Source of the DNA: an uncultured Clostridia bacterium
GTDB lineage: Bacteria; Bacillota; Clostridia; TANB77; CAG-508
Direction of reading: 5' to 3'
Length of the DNA: 64,000 nucleotides
Assembly (NCBI GenBank): GCA_947625835.1
Contig: CANQPY010000003.1
Location: 12,946 to 76,945 of the forward strand
Shown: piece after piece, positions 11,109 to 19,900 of the stretch
Layout: every line of letters starts with the position of its first letter
Position numbering within the stretch: position 1 is the first letter of the stretch
Notes under the pieces: generated by a model
Told to the model about the DNA's origin: nothing
The model's database searches: none
What the model saw: only the letters and a program-made list of their open reading frames with translations
Program-made: the position numbers and the translations under genes

Positions 11109-11926
11109 GTTTTAAAGTGAAAGAATTAACTGCTTGGGAAAAAGTAGAAATAGCAAGAAATCCAAAACGAAAAACATCAATGGATTATATTGAAGAAATA
11201 TTTGATGAATTTATTGAATTACACGGAGATAGAAACTTTAGAGACGACAAATCAATTGTATGTGGCTTAGCAAGTATAAAAGAACAAAACTTTACAATTA
11301 TTGCAGAACAAAAAGGAAGGACAACAAAAGAAAATATTGAAAGAAATTTTGGTATGCCAAATCCAGAAGCATATCGAAAAGGAATTAGATTTATGCGGTC
11401 AAGCAGAAAAATTTAAAAGACCAGTTATAACTTTTATTGATACTAAAGGGGCATATCCAGGAATTGGGGCAGAAGAAAGAGGCCAACGGAGAAGCAATTG
11501 CAAAATCAATGCTAGAACTTGCAAAAATAAAAGTACCAGTTATTGCAGTTGTAATAGGCGAAGGGTCTAGCCGGAGGTGCGTTAGCCTTAGGAATAGGAA
11601 ATAGAGTATTTATGCTAGAAAATGCTATTTATTCTATACTATCACCAGAAGGGTATGCAAGCATTTTGTGGAAAGATTCGTCTAGAACAAAAGAAGCTGC
11701 AGAAAAAATGAAGTTAACTGCAAAAGATTTATATGAATTAAAAATAATAGATAAAATAATAAAAGAACCAAAAGGTGAGGAAGAAGAAAGTTTTAAAAAG
11801 ACGGCAAAAAACCTAAAAAAAGAAATACTAAATGCAATAGACGAAATGAAAAATATGTTGCCAAGTAAACTAACCGAAGAACGTTACCAAAAATTTAGAA
11901 ATATGGGTGAATATAGGAGGATTTAA
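11105..11926 (+). CDS. accA: acetyl-CoA carboxylase carboxyltransferase alpha subunit, three +1 sites
   Basis: Three ORF pieces join. [57 protein letters not shown]. Confidence 0.9.
11396..11398 (+). other. in-frame CGG, +1 recoding site (accA site 1)
   Basis: TTT ATG C GGT CAA. Restores [20 protein letters not shown]. This position is not Gly in the E. coli or B. subtilis AccA sequences as I recall them. Confidence 0.85.
11487..11489 (+). other. in-frame CGG, +1 recoding site (accA site 2)
   Basis: GGC CAA C GGA GAA. Restores EERGQ-G-EAIAKS. Homologues I recall have Ser here. Confidence 0.85.
11572..11574 (+). other. in-frame CGG, +1 recoding site (accA site 3)
   Basis: TCT AGC C GGA GGT. 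Restores the GEGxSGGAL motif. Confidence 0.9.
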
Positions 11927-11927
11927 A

Positions 11928-12701
11928 ATGTTATTAGAAGGAAAGAAAATATTAATTATGGGAATTAGAAATAAGTGGAGTATTGCTTTTGGAATTGCAA
12001 AATCTGCATATGAAAATGGTGCAAAACTTATTTTTACATATATGGGAGAAGAAAACAAAGATAAAATTGAAGAATTAATTTCTGAGTTTGAAGGAAGCAA
12101 AGCATATGTTTTAGATGGGGCTTCAGAAGACGAACTAGTAAAAGATGTGTTTACAAAAATAAAAAAAGAAAATGGAAAAATTGATGGCATTGTCCATGCA
12201 ATAGCACACGCAAATACAGAGGACTTACATAATGATTTTATCTACACAAGTAAAGAAGGATATTCTCATGCTTGTGATGTAAGTAGTTATTCATTTGTAC
12301 TAGCTGCACGAATAGCAAAAGAAATAGATTTATTAAACGAAAATGCAAGTTTAGTTACTTTAACATATTATGGTTCAAACAAAGTAATTGATAGTTATAA
12401 TGTAATGGGAGTTGCAAAAGCAGCATTAGAAGCAAGTGTCAGATATTTAGCAGAAAACTTAGGAAAAGAGCAAATAAGAGTAAATGCTGTTTCAGCAGGA
12501 CCAATTAAAACTTTATCTGCAAAAGGAATTAAAGACTTTGGTTCAATTTTAAATGTAATAGAAGAAAAGGCACCATTACACAAAAATGTTACAACTTATC
12601 AAGTTGGAAATGTAGTAACTTTTTTGTTAAGTTCTATGTCAGAAGCAATTACAGGTCAAACTGTTTATGCAGATAATGGATATAATATTATGGGTGTATA
12701 A
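11928..12701 (+). CDS. fabI: enoyl-ACP reductase (FabI type)
   Basis: ATG at 11928 after GGAGG. LLEGKKILIMGI...SIAFGIAK, YNVMGVAKAALE, SAGPIKT. Confidence 0.85.
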   Translation: MLLEGKKILIMGIRNKWSIAFGIAKSAYENGAKLIFTYMGEENKDKIEELISEFEGSKAYVLDGASEDELVKDVFTKIKKENGKIDGIVHAIAHANTEDLHNDFIYTSKEGYSHACDVSSYSFVLAARIAKEIDLLNENASLVTLTYYGSNKVIDSYNVMGVAKAALEASVRYLAENLGKEQIRVNAVSAGPIKTLSAKGIKDFGSILNVIEEKAPLHKNVTTYQVGNVVTFLLSSMSEAITGQTVYADNGYNIMGV

Positions 12702-12759
12702 AAATAAAATATAAAAGGTCATGCACTTTTCAATTTTACAAAACATATAATTTGATTAT

Positions 12760-13498
12760 ATGAAAGGTAAAAATGGAGGTGCATTTATATTGCTATCGCT
12801 TTGTATGACAGGTGTTTTGGGATTTTTAGAATTTTTAAAATCGGCAGTATTTCTTGTTCGGATATATTCAAGGAGGAAACCTATTTCCAGAACCATTGAC
12901 ACAAGAAGAAGAAAAAAATTGTTTAGAGCAGATGGCAAAAGGAGATGACGAGGCAAGGAACATTTTAATTGAAAGAAACTTAAGATTAGTAGCTCATGTA
13001 GCAAAAAAATATAGTACTGCAAATGTTGAACAAGATGACTTAATATCAATCGGAACAGTGGGCTTAATAAAAGGAATTAACAGTTTTGATGTAACTAAAG
13101 GAGCCAGACTTTCTACATATGTATCTCGTTGCATTGACAATGAAATTTTAATGCACTTAAGAGCAACCAAAAAATTGGGAGCAGAAGTATACTTAAACGA
13201 ACCAATAGGAAAAGACAAAGATGACAATATAGTAACACTTCAAGAAGTTTTAGAAAATAATGAAAGAACAATTGAAGAAGAAGTTGATATTAAAATGAAA
13301 ATTAAAATATTATATCAAAAAATGAAAGAAATATTAAAAGATAGAGAAAGAACAATTTTAGAACTACGATTTGGACTTGGTGGACACAAACCAAAAACGC
13401 AAAACGAAATTGCAAAAATGATGGGAATTTCACGTTCTTATGTATCTCGAATAGAAACAAAAGCAATTAATAAACTTGCAAAAGAAATAAAAGAATAA
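12760..13498 (+). CDS. sigK: pro-sigma-K sporulation sigma factor, one +1 site inside the pro-sequence
   Basis: Pieces 12760..12948 and 12854..13498 join. ...GVLGFLEFLKSAVFLV-G-YIQGGNLFPEPLTQEEE resembles the B. subtilis pro-sigma-K region ...FLVSYVKNNAFPQPL. NLRLVAHVAKKY, ISIGTVGLIKG and ENEILMHLR-like regions follow. The true start may be the in-frame ATG at 12805. Confidence 0.8.
12859..12861 (+). other. in-frame CGG, +1 recoding site (sigK pro-sequence)
   Basis: CTT GTT C GGA TAT. Joins the hydrophobic pro-peptide to the mature sigma factor. Confidence 0.85.
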
Positions 13499-13503
13499 AG
13501 AAA

Positions 13504-13541
13504 AAATCTCTTTAGAGCTTTAACTCACAAAGAGATTTTTT
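13504..13541 (+). terminator. intrinsic terminator after sigK
   Basis: 10 bp stem AAATCTCTTT / AAAGAGATTT followed by a T-run. Confidence 0.7.
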
Positions 13542-13573
13542 CGTAGATAAGAATAATTATTCAATAAGTCATT

Positions 13574-14032
13574 TTAATTTAATAAGTATATAAATAAATT
13601 TAAATATGTTGCAAATAATGACCAAACAAAATAAGGAATTTGAAGCAATCCGGCTAACTTGTTTTTATCATAAAACCTTACTACCATAACAAAAACTAAA
13701 ATAGTAAGCAAAACAATCCAAATAAATGCAAATAACCTCCACTTAAAAACAAAAAATATAATTGGCCATAATAAATTAACAAATAATTGCAAATAATAGA
13801 TTGAATGGATTTTAGAATCTACTAAAGAATTACTTTCTAAAATACCATAAGAAATTCCCATTAAAATATATAGCAAAGTCCATACAATAGGAAATACTAT
13901 GCTAGGTGGAGCAAAAAATGGCTTTTGTAAAGAATTATAATCCATAAAACCAGATATAATTAAGCCAACAAATCCACCTAAAATAACAGGAATAGCTATA
14001 GATTTAGCATAAATTTTAAACTTTTCTGACAT
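13574..14032 (-). CDS. TspO/MBR family tryptophan-rich sensory protein
   Basis: 152 aa, five hydrophobic segments, Trp-rich (PIVWTLLY, LLWPIIFF, YFVWSLFATYLN). Confidence 0.7.
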   Translation of the reverse strand: MSEKFKIYAKSIAIPVILGGFVGLIISGFMDYNSLQKPFFAPPSIVFPIVWTLLYILMGISYGILESNSLVDSKIHSIYYLQLFVNLLWPIIFFVFKWRLFAFIWIVLLTILVFVMVVRFYDKNKLAGLLQIPYFVWSLFATYLNLFIYLLN

Positions 14033-14098
14033 AATTTATAAAAACCTCCTTATTGCTATTTTATTTAGCGTTTAGCAAAATATACATACAACTTTAAC

Positions 14099-14127
14099 TT
14101 GAAAAAATTAAAAATTTATGCTATTAT
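14099..14127 (+). promoter_or_regulatory. sigma-A type promoter, TTGAAA-17-TATTAT with TGn extension
   Basis: Hexamers at 14099-14104 and 14122-14127, with TGC immediately upstream of the -10. Confidence 0.5.
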
Positions 14128-14161
14128 ATAAAAATCAAATATAGGATATTAGGAGATAAAA

Positions 14162-14837
14162 ATGCAAAGAGTAAAATTAAAAGATAGAATATTACCAACA
14201 TATACAAAAGGAGAAGAAATTTTTAACATGACCTCTCATATTGTTGGGGCAGCTTTAGGCATAGTCGCTCTTGTACTATGTGTTGTATTTGCATCAGTAA
14301 GAGGCAATGTATATGGAATTATTAGTGGATCAATTTATGGAGTAACCATGATTTCACTTTATACAATGTCTAGTATTTATCATGGATTAAGTCCAAAATT
14401 TACTTCAAAAAAAGTTTTTCAAGTTTTAGACCATTGCTCAATATTTTTATTAATTGCAGGTTCATACACACCTTTTGCATTATGCACAATTAGAAAGCAA
14501 GATGCATTTACTCGGTTGGCTTATTTTTGGGGTAATATGGGGATTAGCAATTTTAGGAATTGTATTAAATTCAATAGATATAAAAAAATTTAAAAAATTT
14601 TCTATGGTTTGTTATTTGCTTATGGGGTGGTGTATTATCTTAAAAGCAAGTATTTTGCCAAATAGTTTAACAACAAATGGATTTATTTTATTACTATCTG
14701 GAGGTATTGCATATACAATAGGGGCAATTATATATGGAATTGGCAAAAAACATAAATATTCTCATTCAATTTTTCATTTATTTATTTTATTAGGTAGCAT
14801 TTTACAATTTTTCTGCATATTATTATATGTAATGTAA
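14162..14837 (+). CDS. hemolysin III family channel protein, one +1 site
   Basis: Pieces 14162..14593 and 14454..14837 join. LDHCSIFLLIAGSYTPF ... T-G-WLIFGVIWGLAILGIVL ... HLFILLGS. Confidence 0.85.
14513..14515 (+). other. in-frame CGG, +1 recoding site (hemolysin III)
   Basis: TTT ACT C GGT TGG. Restores the GWxxFGVIWGLA segment. Confidence 0.85.
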
Positions 14838-14846
14838 AAAAAATAT

Positions 14847-14872
14847 AGCAAAGAGTATAAAGACTCTTTGCT
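14847..14872. terminator. 10 bp hairpin (AGCAAAGAGT / ACTCTTTGCT); the U-run is on the minus-strand side only
   Basis: Lies just after the hemolysin III stop. The A-run upstream on the plus strand equals a T-run for a minus-strand transcript, so it may terminate leftward transcription. Confidence 0.45.
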
Positions 14873-15017
14873 ACCACATAAATATTAATTAATTTTAGCA
14901 TATAAAATTATAAAAATCAAGTTTTGAAAACTCAAGATTAAGAGAGATTTTTACATGTAAAACTAAGATAAAACTATTTTATAAAAAAGGAACACATTTT
15001 TAATAATAAAAGATAGT

Positions 15018-15046
15018 TTGTAAACTGTCTTAACCTATGTTAAAAT
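15018..15046 (+). promoter_or_regulatory. candidate promoter TTGTAA-17-TAAAAT for the intergenic RNA
   Basis: Hexamers at 15018-15023 and 15041-15046 with a 17 nt spacer. No ORF follows. Confidence 0.4.
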
Positions 15047-15052
15047 ATAAAT

Positions 15053-15290
15053 AACTTAAAAGTAATTAAATAATTTTCCCTGCATAGTACGATAAGCTTA
15101 AATTTTTAGAACCAACACACTTTAAGCGGGGCCAAATCTCTGAATATGGCGTGCAAGCTCACATAAAAATTATTAAGAGTAGTGAGAAGCCCAGGAGTAT
15201 TTAGGTAGGCACCCACCTGTTTGTAGGAACAGGTCCATAAAAATTCAAAGCAACACGGCTAAGGCGGGGGTTTTTATTTTTAAATAGGGT
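15053..15290 (+). ncRNA. candidate structured small RNA (~230 nt), class undetermined
   Basis: A GC-enriched island in an AT-rich, ORF-free gap. Several local hairpins (GCTTAAA/TTTAAGC, GCTCAC/GTGAG, CCTGTT/AACAGG). The 5' CCCUGC (15078-15083) can pair with the 3' GCGGGG just before a U-run (about 15272-15290). Confidence 0.4.
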
Positions 15291-16140
15291 TTACATGAAC
15301 AACGGTTTTATAAATTTTATCCAAACCATTAATAGTATTTTCAAGGCTATCAGCTAATTTATGACTTTCAAATGTAGACATATTTCCATCTAAATAAATA
15401 GTTAAGAAAACCAAATATTGATTTCCAACAGGTGTAGAAATTATATCATCTGTTTTTTTAATTTCTTTATAAGTATTTATAATATCAAAAATAAGATCTT
15501 TAGTTTTATCATCTACACTAATATCCATTAAAACATTGTAACTTTCAATAAAAATAGTAATACCAGTATAACAAATATAAATTGAAATACCAATACCAAC
15601 TATGCTATCAAGCCAGTAAATATTGCATAAAGTTAACAAAACAGAAATTAAAGTAAAGGAAGTAATAATGCAATCATTTTTATGGTCTTTCATATTAGCT
15701 TCTAATAAAATATTAGAATGTTTGCTATAAGCATTTTTGGTATATAAAAAAAGAAATAATTTTGTTATTATAGTTGCTATGCAAACAATAACCAAAAACC
15801 AAGAAAACTGAAGCTTACTTCCAGTAAATAAAGTAATAACAGAATCATATAATAACTTCGAAGAAACCAGTATCATAGAAATACTAATAAACATAGAAAA
15901 AATATATTCAGCCTTTCCATGACCTAAATTATGATCTTCATCATTTGGCTCACTTGCTATTTTATTTCCAATAAAAGTCATTAAAGATGCAAAAATATCT
16001 CCAGCACTATTAAAACTATCTGCAATTAAAGCTTGGCTATGACTAATAAAACCTACTATGGCTTTGATTATTAATAAAAATATATTTCCAAGAATTCCAT
16101 AAATCCCAGCTTTTTTTGTAATTTTAAATTTTTCGTCCAT
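15280..16140 (-). CDS. cation diffusion facilitator family transporter
   Basis: 286 aa intact. HSQALIADSFNSAGD and DHNLGHGKAEY motifs, six TM segments and a C-terminal cytoplasmic domain. Confidence 0.85.
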   Translation of the reverse strand: MDEKFKITKKAGIYGILGNIFLLIIKAIVGFISHSQALIADSFNSAGDIFASLMTFIGNKIASEPNDEDHNLGHGKAEYIFSMFISISMILVSSKLLYDSVITLFTGSKLQFSWFLVIVCIATIITKLFLFLYTKNAYSKHSNILLEANMKDHKNDCIITSFTLISVLLTLCNIYWLDSIVGIGISIYICYTGITIFIESYNVLMDISVDDKTKDLIFDIINTYKEIKKTDDIISTPVGNQYLVFLTIYLDGNMSTFESHKLADSLENTINGLDKIYKTVVHVNPI

Positions 16141-16222
16141 AACTTATAAATCAACTCCGTTTAATAATATAAATATGATTATATCACAAAAAATATAAAC
16201 AATAAAGTAAAAATAAAAAATG

Positions 16223-16251
16223 TTGCAAATAAATGTAAAATATGGTATAAT
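16223..16251 (+). promoter_or_regulatory. sigma-A type promoter TTGCAA-17-TATAAT with TGn extension
   Basis: Hexamers at 16223-16228 and 16246-16251, with TGG upstream of the -10. Confidence 0.55.
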
Positions 16252-16291
16252 TTAAAAGTATATGGAAGAAAACAAATGAGGTGTTAAAAAA

Positions 16292-16630
16292 ATGTCAATA
16301 TTAATGGCTATTTACATATTAGTTTTTGTAATATTTGCATTAGTTGCTTATGCAATATTGCAAATAAAATTATTTGGTATAAAAATAAAAGATTTTTGGA
16401 CATTTATTGAAGCAAACCAGATGTTAGATAAACTATATAAATTTGCCAAACAATACGAAAATATGTCACCACAAGAACAAGTAATTTACTTAGCAGAAGC
16501 AGAAAAAATATTTAAAGCTTTTGACAGTGTCCCAGACACATTATGGGAAGAAGAATATGATAAATACAAAACTGTATTATCAAAATATAAAGATATAAAA
16601 ATGATTCGTTGGGCAGAAGAAAACAAATAA
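16292..16630 (+). CDS. hypothetical small protein with an N-terminal TM helix
   Basis: 112 aa ORF with a GAGGTG RBS. No family recognised. Confidence 0.5.
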   Translation: MSILMAIYILVFVIFALVAYAILQIKLFGIKIKDFWTFIEANQMLDKLYKFAKQYENMSPQEQVIYLAEAEKIFKAFDSVPDTLWEEEYDKYKTVLSKYKDIKMIRWAEENK

Positions 16631-16634
16631 AAAT

Positions 16635-16666
16635 AGAGCTAAACTTTATTTATAAAGTTTAGCTCT
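16635..16666. terminator. bidirectional intrinsic terminator between convergent genes
   Basis: 13 bp stem AGAGCTAAACTTT / AAAGTTTAGCTCT flanked by A/T runs on both sides. Confidence 0.7.
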
Positions 16667-16674
16667 AAAAAATT

Positions 16675-17211
16675 TTAAATTTTGATCACTAACAAACTTA
16701 GTAGTAAATAAGCATAACGAGAAACTCTTTTCATTAATATCCTATTTTTTAATATTTCTAAAGATTCAGAAAGAGCACAATATTTATCAACAAAAGTCAA
16801 TATAAATCCTTCAAATGATTTTGGCATACTAAAAGTAATAGGCCACATATGTTTTATTATTATATCTTTTTCTTTTTCATTTAAATCAAATAATTTACTT
16901 GCATTTTCACACGCAGTTTTCCCATGAGTAAAAGCATGAAGACCTTTTCTGCCATCTTGTCTTTTTCTCCAATCATATAAAAATAAATCATGAAGCATTG
17001 CAGCACGGGTAGCAGATATATAATCTAAATGATATTTTTTACAAATAAGAAAACAATAATAAGCTGCAACATAACAGTGTTCATAACAACTGGTTTCATA
17101 GTGTTGTCTATAATTTTTCATTTGTTGAACTGTATCATTTGCAACTAATTCTTTTATGATATTTTGAAATTCTTTATCTGCTTCAGAAGAAGCTTGTATA
17201 TATGGTTTCAT
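16675..17211 (-). CDS. HD domain phosphohydrolase
   Basis: 178 aa; H...HD signature (AAMLHDLFLYDW) plus a later HMWP. Confidence 0.6.
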   Translation of the reverse strand: MKPYIQASSEADKEFQNIIKELVANDTVQQMKNYRQHYETSCYEHCYVAAYYCFLICKKYHLDYISATRAAMLHDLFLYDWRKRQDGRKGLHAFTHGKTACENASKLFDLNEKEKDIIIKHMWPITFSMPKSFEGFILTFVDKYCALSESLEILKNRILMKRVSRYAYLLLSLLVIKI

Positions 17212-17286
17212 CTTAAAATACCTCTTATTTTCATATGTACTTCACTATTAATTATACCATTTTATAAAAAATAATGCAAATTTTGT

Positions 17287-18273
17287 CTATTTAATAAGCT
17301 TCTCTAATATTTGTATAGCATTAGAAGCAGCACCTTTTCTTAAATTATCACTAACAACCCACAAATTTATACCATAATCGACACTAAAATCACGTCTAAT
17401 TCTTCCAACGTAAACCTCATCAGTTCCATCTGCTTTACTAGCTAGTGGGTAAAAATTCTTTTCTGGATTATCAACAACAATAATTCCAGGAAATTTTTCT
17501 AATAAAATTCTAACATCATAAAGGTCAAAGTCTTTTTCAAGTTCAACATTAATAGATTCTCCATGGCAATTACGAACAGGAACTCTTACTGTAGTTGCTG
17601 TTATTTTTAAATCTGGATGATGCAATATTTTCCTAGTTTCGTTAATCATTTTATATTCTTCTTTAGTATAACCATGCTCCATAAAAACATCAATATGTGG
17701 AATGCAGTTATTATAAATTGAATAAGGGAATTTTTTTAATTTATCACCATCTGCTTTATTTTCTAAATCTTCAATTCCATATCTTCCTGCTCCAGAAACA
17801 GCTTGATAAGTAGAATATACAATTCTTTTAATTTTATAATTGTCATCTAAAACTTTTAATGGTAAAACTGCTTGAATAGTAGAACAATTAGGATTTGCAA
17901 TAATTCCATTATTTTTTGAAATATCTTCTGGGTTAACTTCTGGAACAACTAAAGGAACATTTTCATCCATACGAAAAACACTGCTGTTATCAATTACTAT
18001 GCAACCTTTTGAACTGGCAATCGGCGCATATTTTTCAGAAACACTACCTCCAGCACAAAAAATCGCAAAATCAAAATGATGGTCAAAAGAATTTTCATTT
18101 AATTCACAAATTACATATTCTGTTCCTAAAAACTTAATTTTAGTGCCAGCAGATTTTGAAGATGAAAATAGAGTATAAGTAACATTTTTAAAATTTTTCT
18201 CTTCTAAAACTCTTAGTGCAGTTCGACCAACTAAACCACTTGCGCCAACAATGGCAACTTGATAATTAGACAA
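17287..18273 (-). CDS. asd: aspartate-semialdehyde dehydrogenase
   Basis: 328 aa; VAIVGASGLVG, NPNCSTI active site, SGAG. Confidence 0.9.
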   Translation of the reverse strand: MSNYQVAIVGASGLVGRTALRVLEEKNFKNVTYTLFSSSKSAGTKIKFLGTEYVICELNENSFDHHFDFAIFCAGGSVSEKYAPIASSKGCIVIDNSSVFRMDENVPLVVPEVNPEDISKNNGIIANPNCSTIQAVLPLKVLDDNYKIKRIVYSTYQAVSGAGRYGIEDLENKADGDKLKKFPYSIYNNCIPHIDVFMEHGYTKEEYKMINETRKILHHPDLKITATTVRVPVRNCHGESINVELEKDFDLYDVRILLEKFPGIIVVDNPEKNFYPLASKADGTDEVYVGRIRRDFSVDYGINLWVVSDNLRKGAASNAIQILEKLIK

Positions 18274-18465
18274 TTTAATCTCCTCCTTAAATTTTTATTT
18301 TCGTATAAAAATATGTTTTAATTTTTTAATTAATACCATTTTATCATAAAATTAGAAAAATGAAGAAAAAATTCCAAAAAATATATCAAACTTTTTTATA
18401 TAATTAAATTTAGTCCAAACTGTAACTCAAAAATCTTAAAAAACTATTAAAATTTGGAAAAAATA

Positions 18466-18494
18466 TTGCATAAATTTAACAATAATAGTATAAT
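18466..18494 (+). promoter_or_regulatory. sigma-A type promoter TTGCAT-17-TATAAT
   Basis: Hexamers at 18466-18471 and 18489-18494. Confidence 0.55.
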
Positions 18495-18560
18495 AGAAAA
18501 GGTAGCATAATAAAATTATAAAAAAAATAAAAACAAAAATAATTTTTGAGAGGTAAAAAA

Positions 18561-19829
18561 ATGAATTATCTATATATACTAAGAGAAGCTATTGTATGGA
18601 CAATAACCATATTTTGGTTATACCAAATTATAGTAAGTTTATGCTCATTAGTAAAAATAAAAGACAAACCATTAAAAATTGTTAAAAATCATAGATTTAT
18701 GGCAATTATACCAGCACATAATGAAGAAGCAGTTATAGGAAACTTAATTGAAAGTTTAAAAAGGCAAAATTATGATAAAAAATTATACGACATATATGTA
18801 ATTGCAGATAATTGCACAGACAATACAGCAAAAATAGCAGAGCAAGCAGGTGCAATAGTTTATGAAAGATATAACCAAACAGAGCAAACCAAAGGATATG
18901 CATTAAACTGGTTTTTACAACAAAAAATAAAAGAAAATGCTCCATATGATGCATTTTTTGTATTTGATGCAGATAATATTGTAGATCCAAACTTTATAAA
19001 AAACATGAATAAAAAACTATGTCAAGGAGAAGAAGTAGTACAAGGATATAGAGACATTAAAAATCCAACAGACAGTTGGATTACAGCAGGGTATGCCATA
19101 TTTTATTGGACAATGCACAGATTTTATCACTTAGCAAGATATAATTTAGGACTATCACCATTACTAAATGGAACAGGATTCATGGTAAAATTTGATGTAG
19201 TAAAACCACAAGGATGGGATACAGTAACACTAACAGAAGATATAGAATTTTCATTAAAAAGAATTATAAAAGGAAAAAGGCTAGGTTGGGCAACAGATGC
19301 AATTTGCTATGATGAACAACCAGTAACATTTAAACAAAGTTGGTCACAAAGAAGTAGATGGACAGTAGGGCACATGCAATGTATAAAAGAATATACAAAG
19401 CAATTAATAGATGCAACTAAGAAAAATAAAACAATGATGAATTTTGACGGATTTTTATATATAGTAGGAAGCATTCCAATGTTTATCATTACATTAGTAT
19501 TATTACTAATAAACTTCTTAATGTATATAGGAAATGGAATGACAGGGTTAGAACTATTAATAAATATAGCAAAATACGTAATACCAACATTTTTATTACC
19601 AATATTTACAGCATTAGCAGCAATGGTATTAGATAGAAGACCAATCAAACCTATGGTAAAAGGATTAATATGTTATCCAATTTTTATGGGGTCATGGTTA
19701 CTAATCAACTTTAAATGTCTATTTAAAAGAGAAACAGTATGGGAAAAAATTAACCATGTTAGAGATATCAAAATTGGTAATGCAGGAGGAACAGTAGAAG
19801 AAACTGTTGGTGTAATAGAAAAAGTATAA
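18561..19829 (+). CDS. family 2 glycosyltransferase, processive synthase-like (QxxRW), with C-terminal TM segments
   Basis: IIPAHNEE, DADN, TEDIEFS, QRSRWTVG. The ATG at 18561 is preferred over the TTG at 18546. Confidence 0.7.
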   Translation: MNYLYILREAIVWTITIFWLYQIIVSLCSLVKIKDKPLKIVKNHRFMAIIPAHNEEAVIGNLIESLKRQNYDKKLYDIYVIADNCTDNTAKIAEQAGAIVYERYNQTEQTKGYALNWFLQQKIKENAPYDAFFVFDADNIVDPNFIKNMNKKLCQGEEVVQGYRDIKNPTDSWITAGYAIFYWTMHRFYHLARYNLGLSPLLNGTGFMVKFDVVKPQGWDTVTLTEDIEFSLKRIIKGKRLGWATDAICYDEQPVTFKQSWSQRSRWTVGHMQCIKEYTKQLIDATKKNKTMMNFDGFLYIVGSIPMFIITLVLLLINFLMYIGNGMTGLELLINIAKYVIPTFLLPIFTALAAMVLDRRPIKPMVKGLICYPIFMGSWLLINFKCLFKRETVWEKINHVRDIKIGNAGGTVEETVGVIEKV

Positions 19830-19900
19830 ATTAAAAAAAATTACTCTTAATTATAGAGTAATTTATTTTTTAAGAGAGAAAGGTTGAAAAATAATTAAAA

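Noticed and set aside
12702-12760. Sporulation-type (sigma-E/K) promoter upstream of sigK (CATATAAT-like -10 at about 12745)
   Set aside because: The match to the loose sigma-E/K consensus is too weak to call by eye in AT-rich sequence.
14880-15290. czcD (NiCo) or other metal riboswitch for the CDF transporter
   Set aside because: The structured region lies downstream (3') of the minus-strand CDF gene, not in its 5' leader (which is 16141-16290 and is plain AT-rich sequence).
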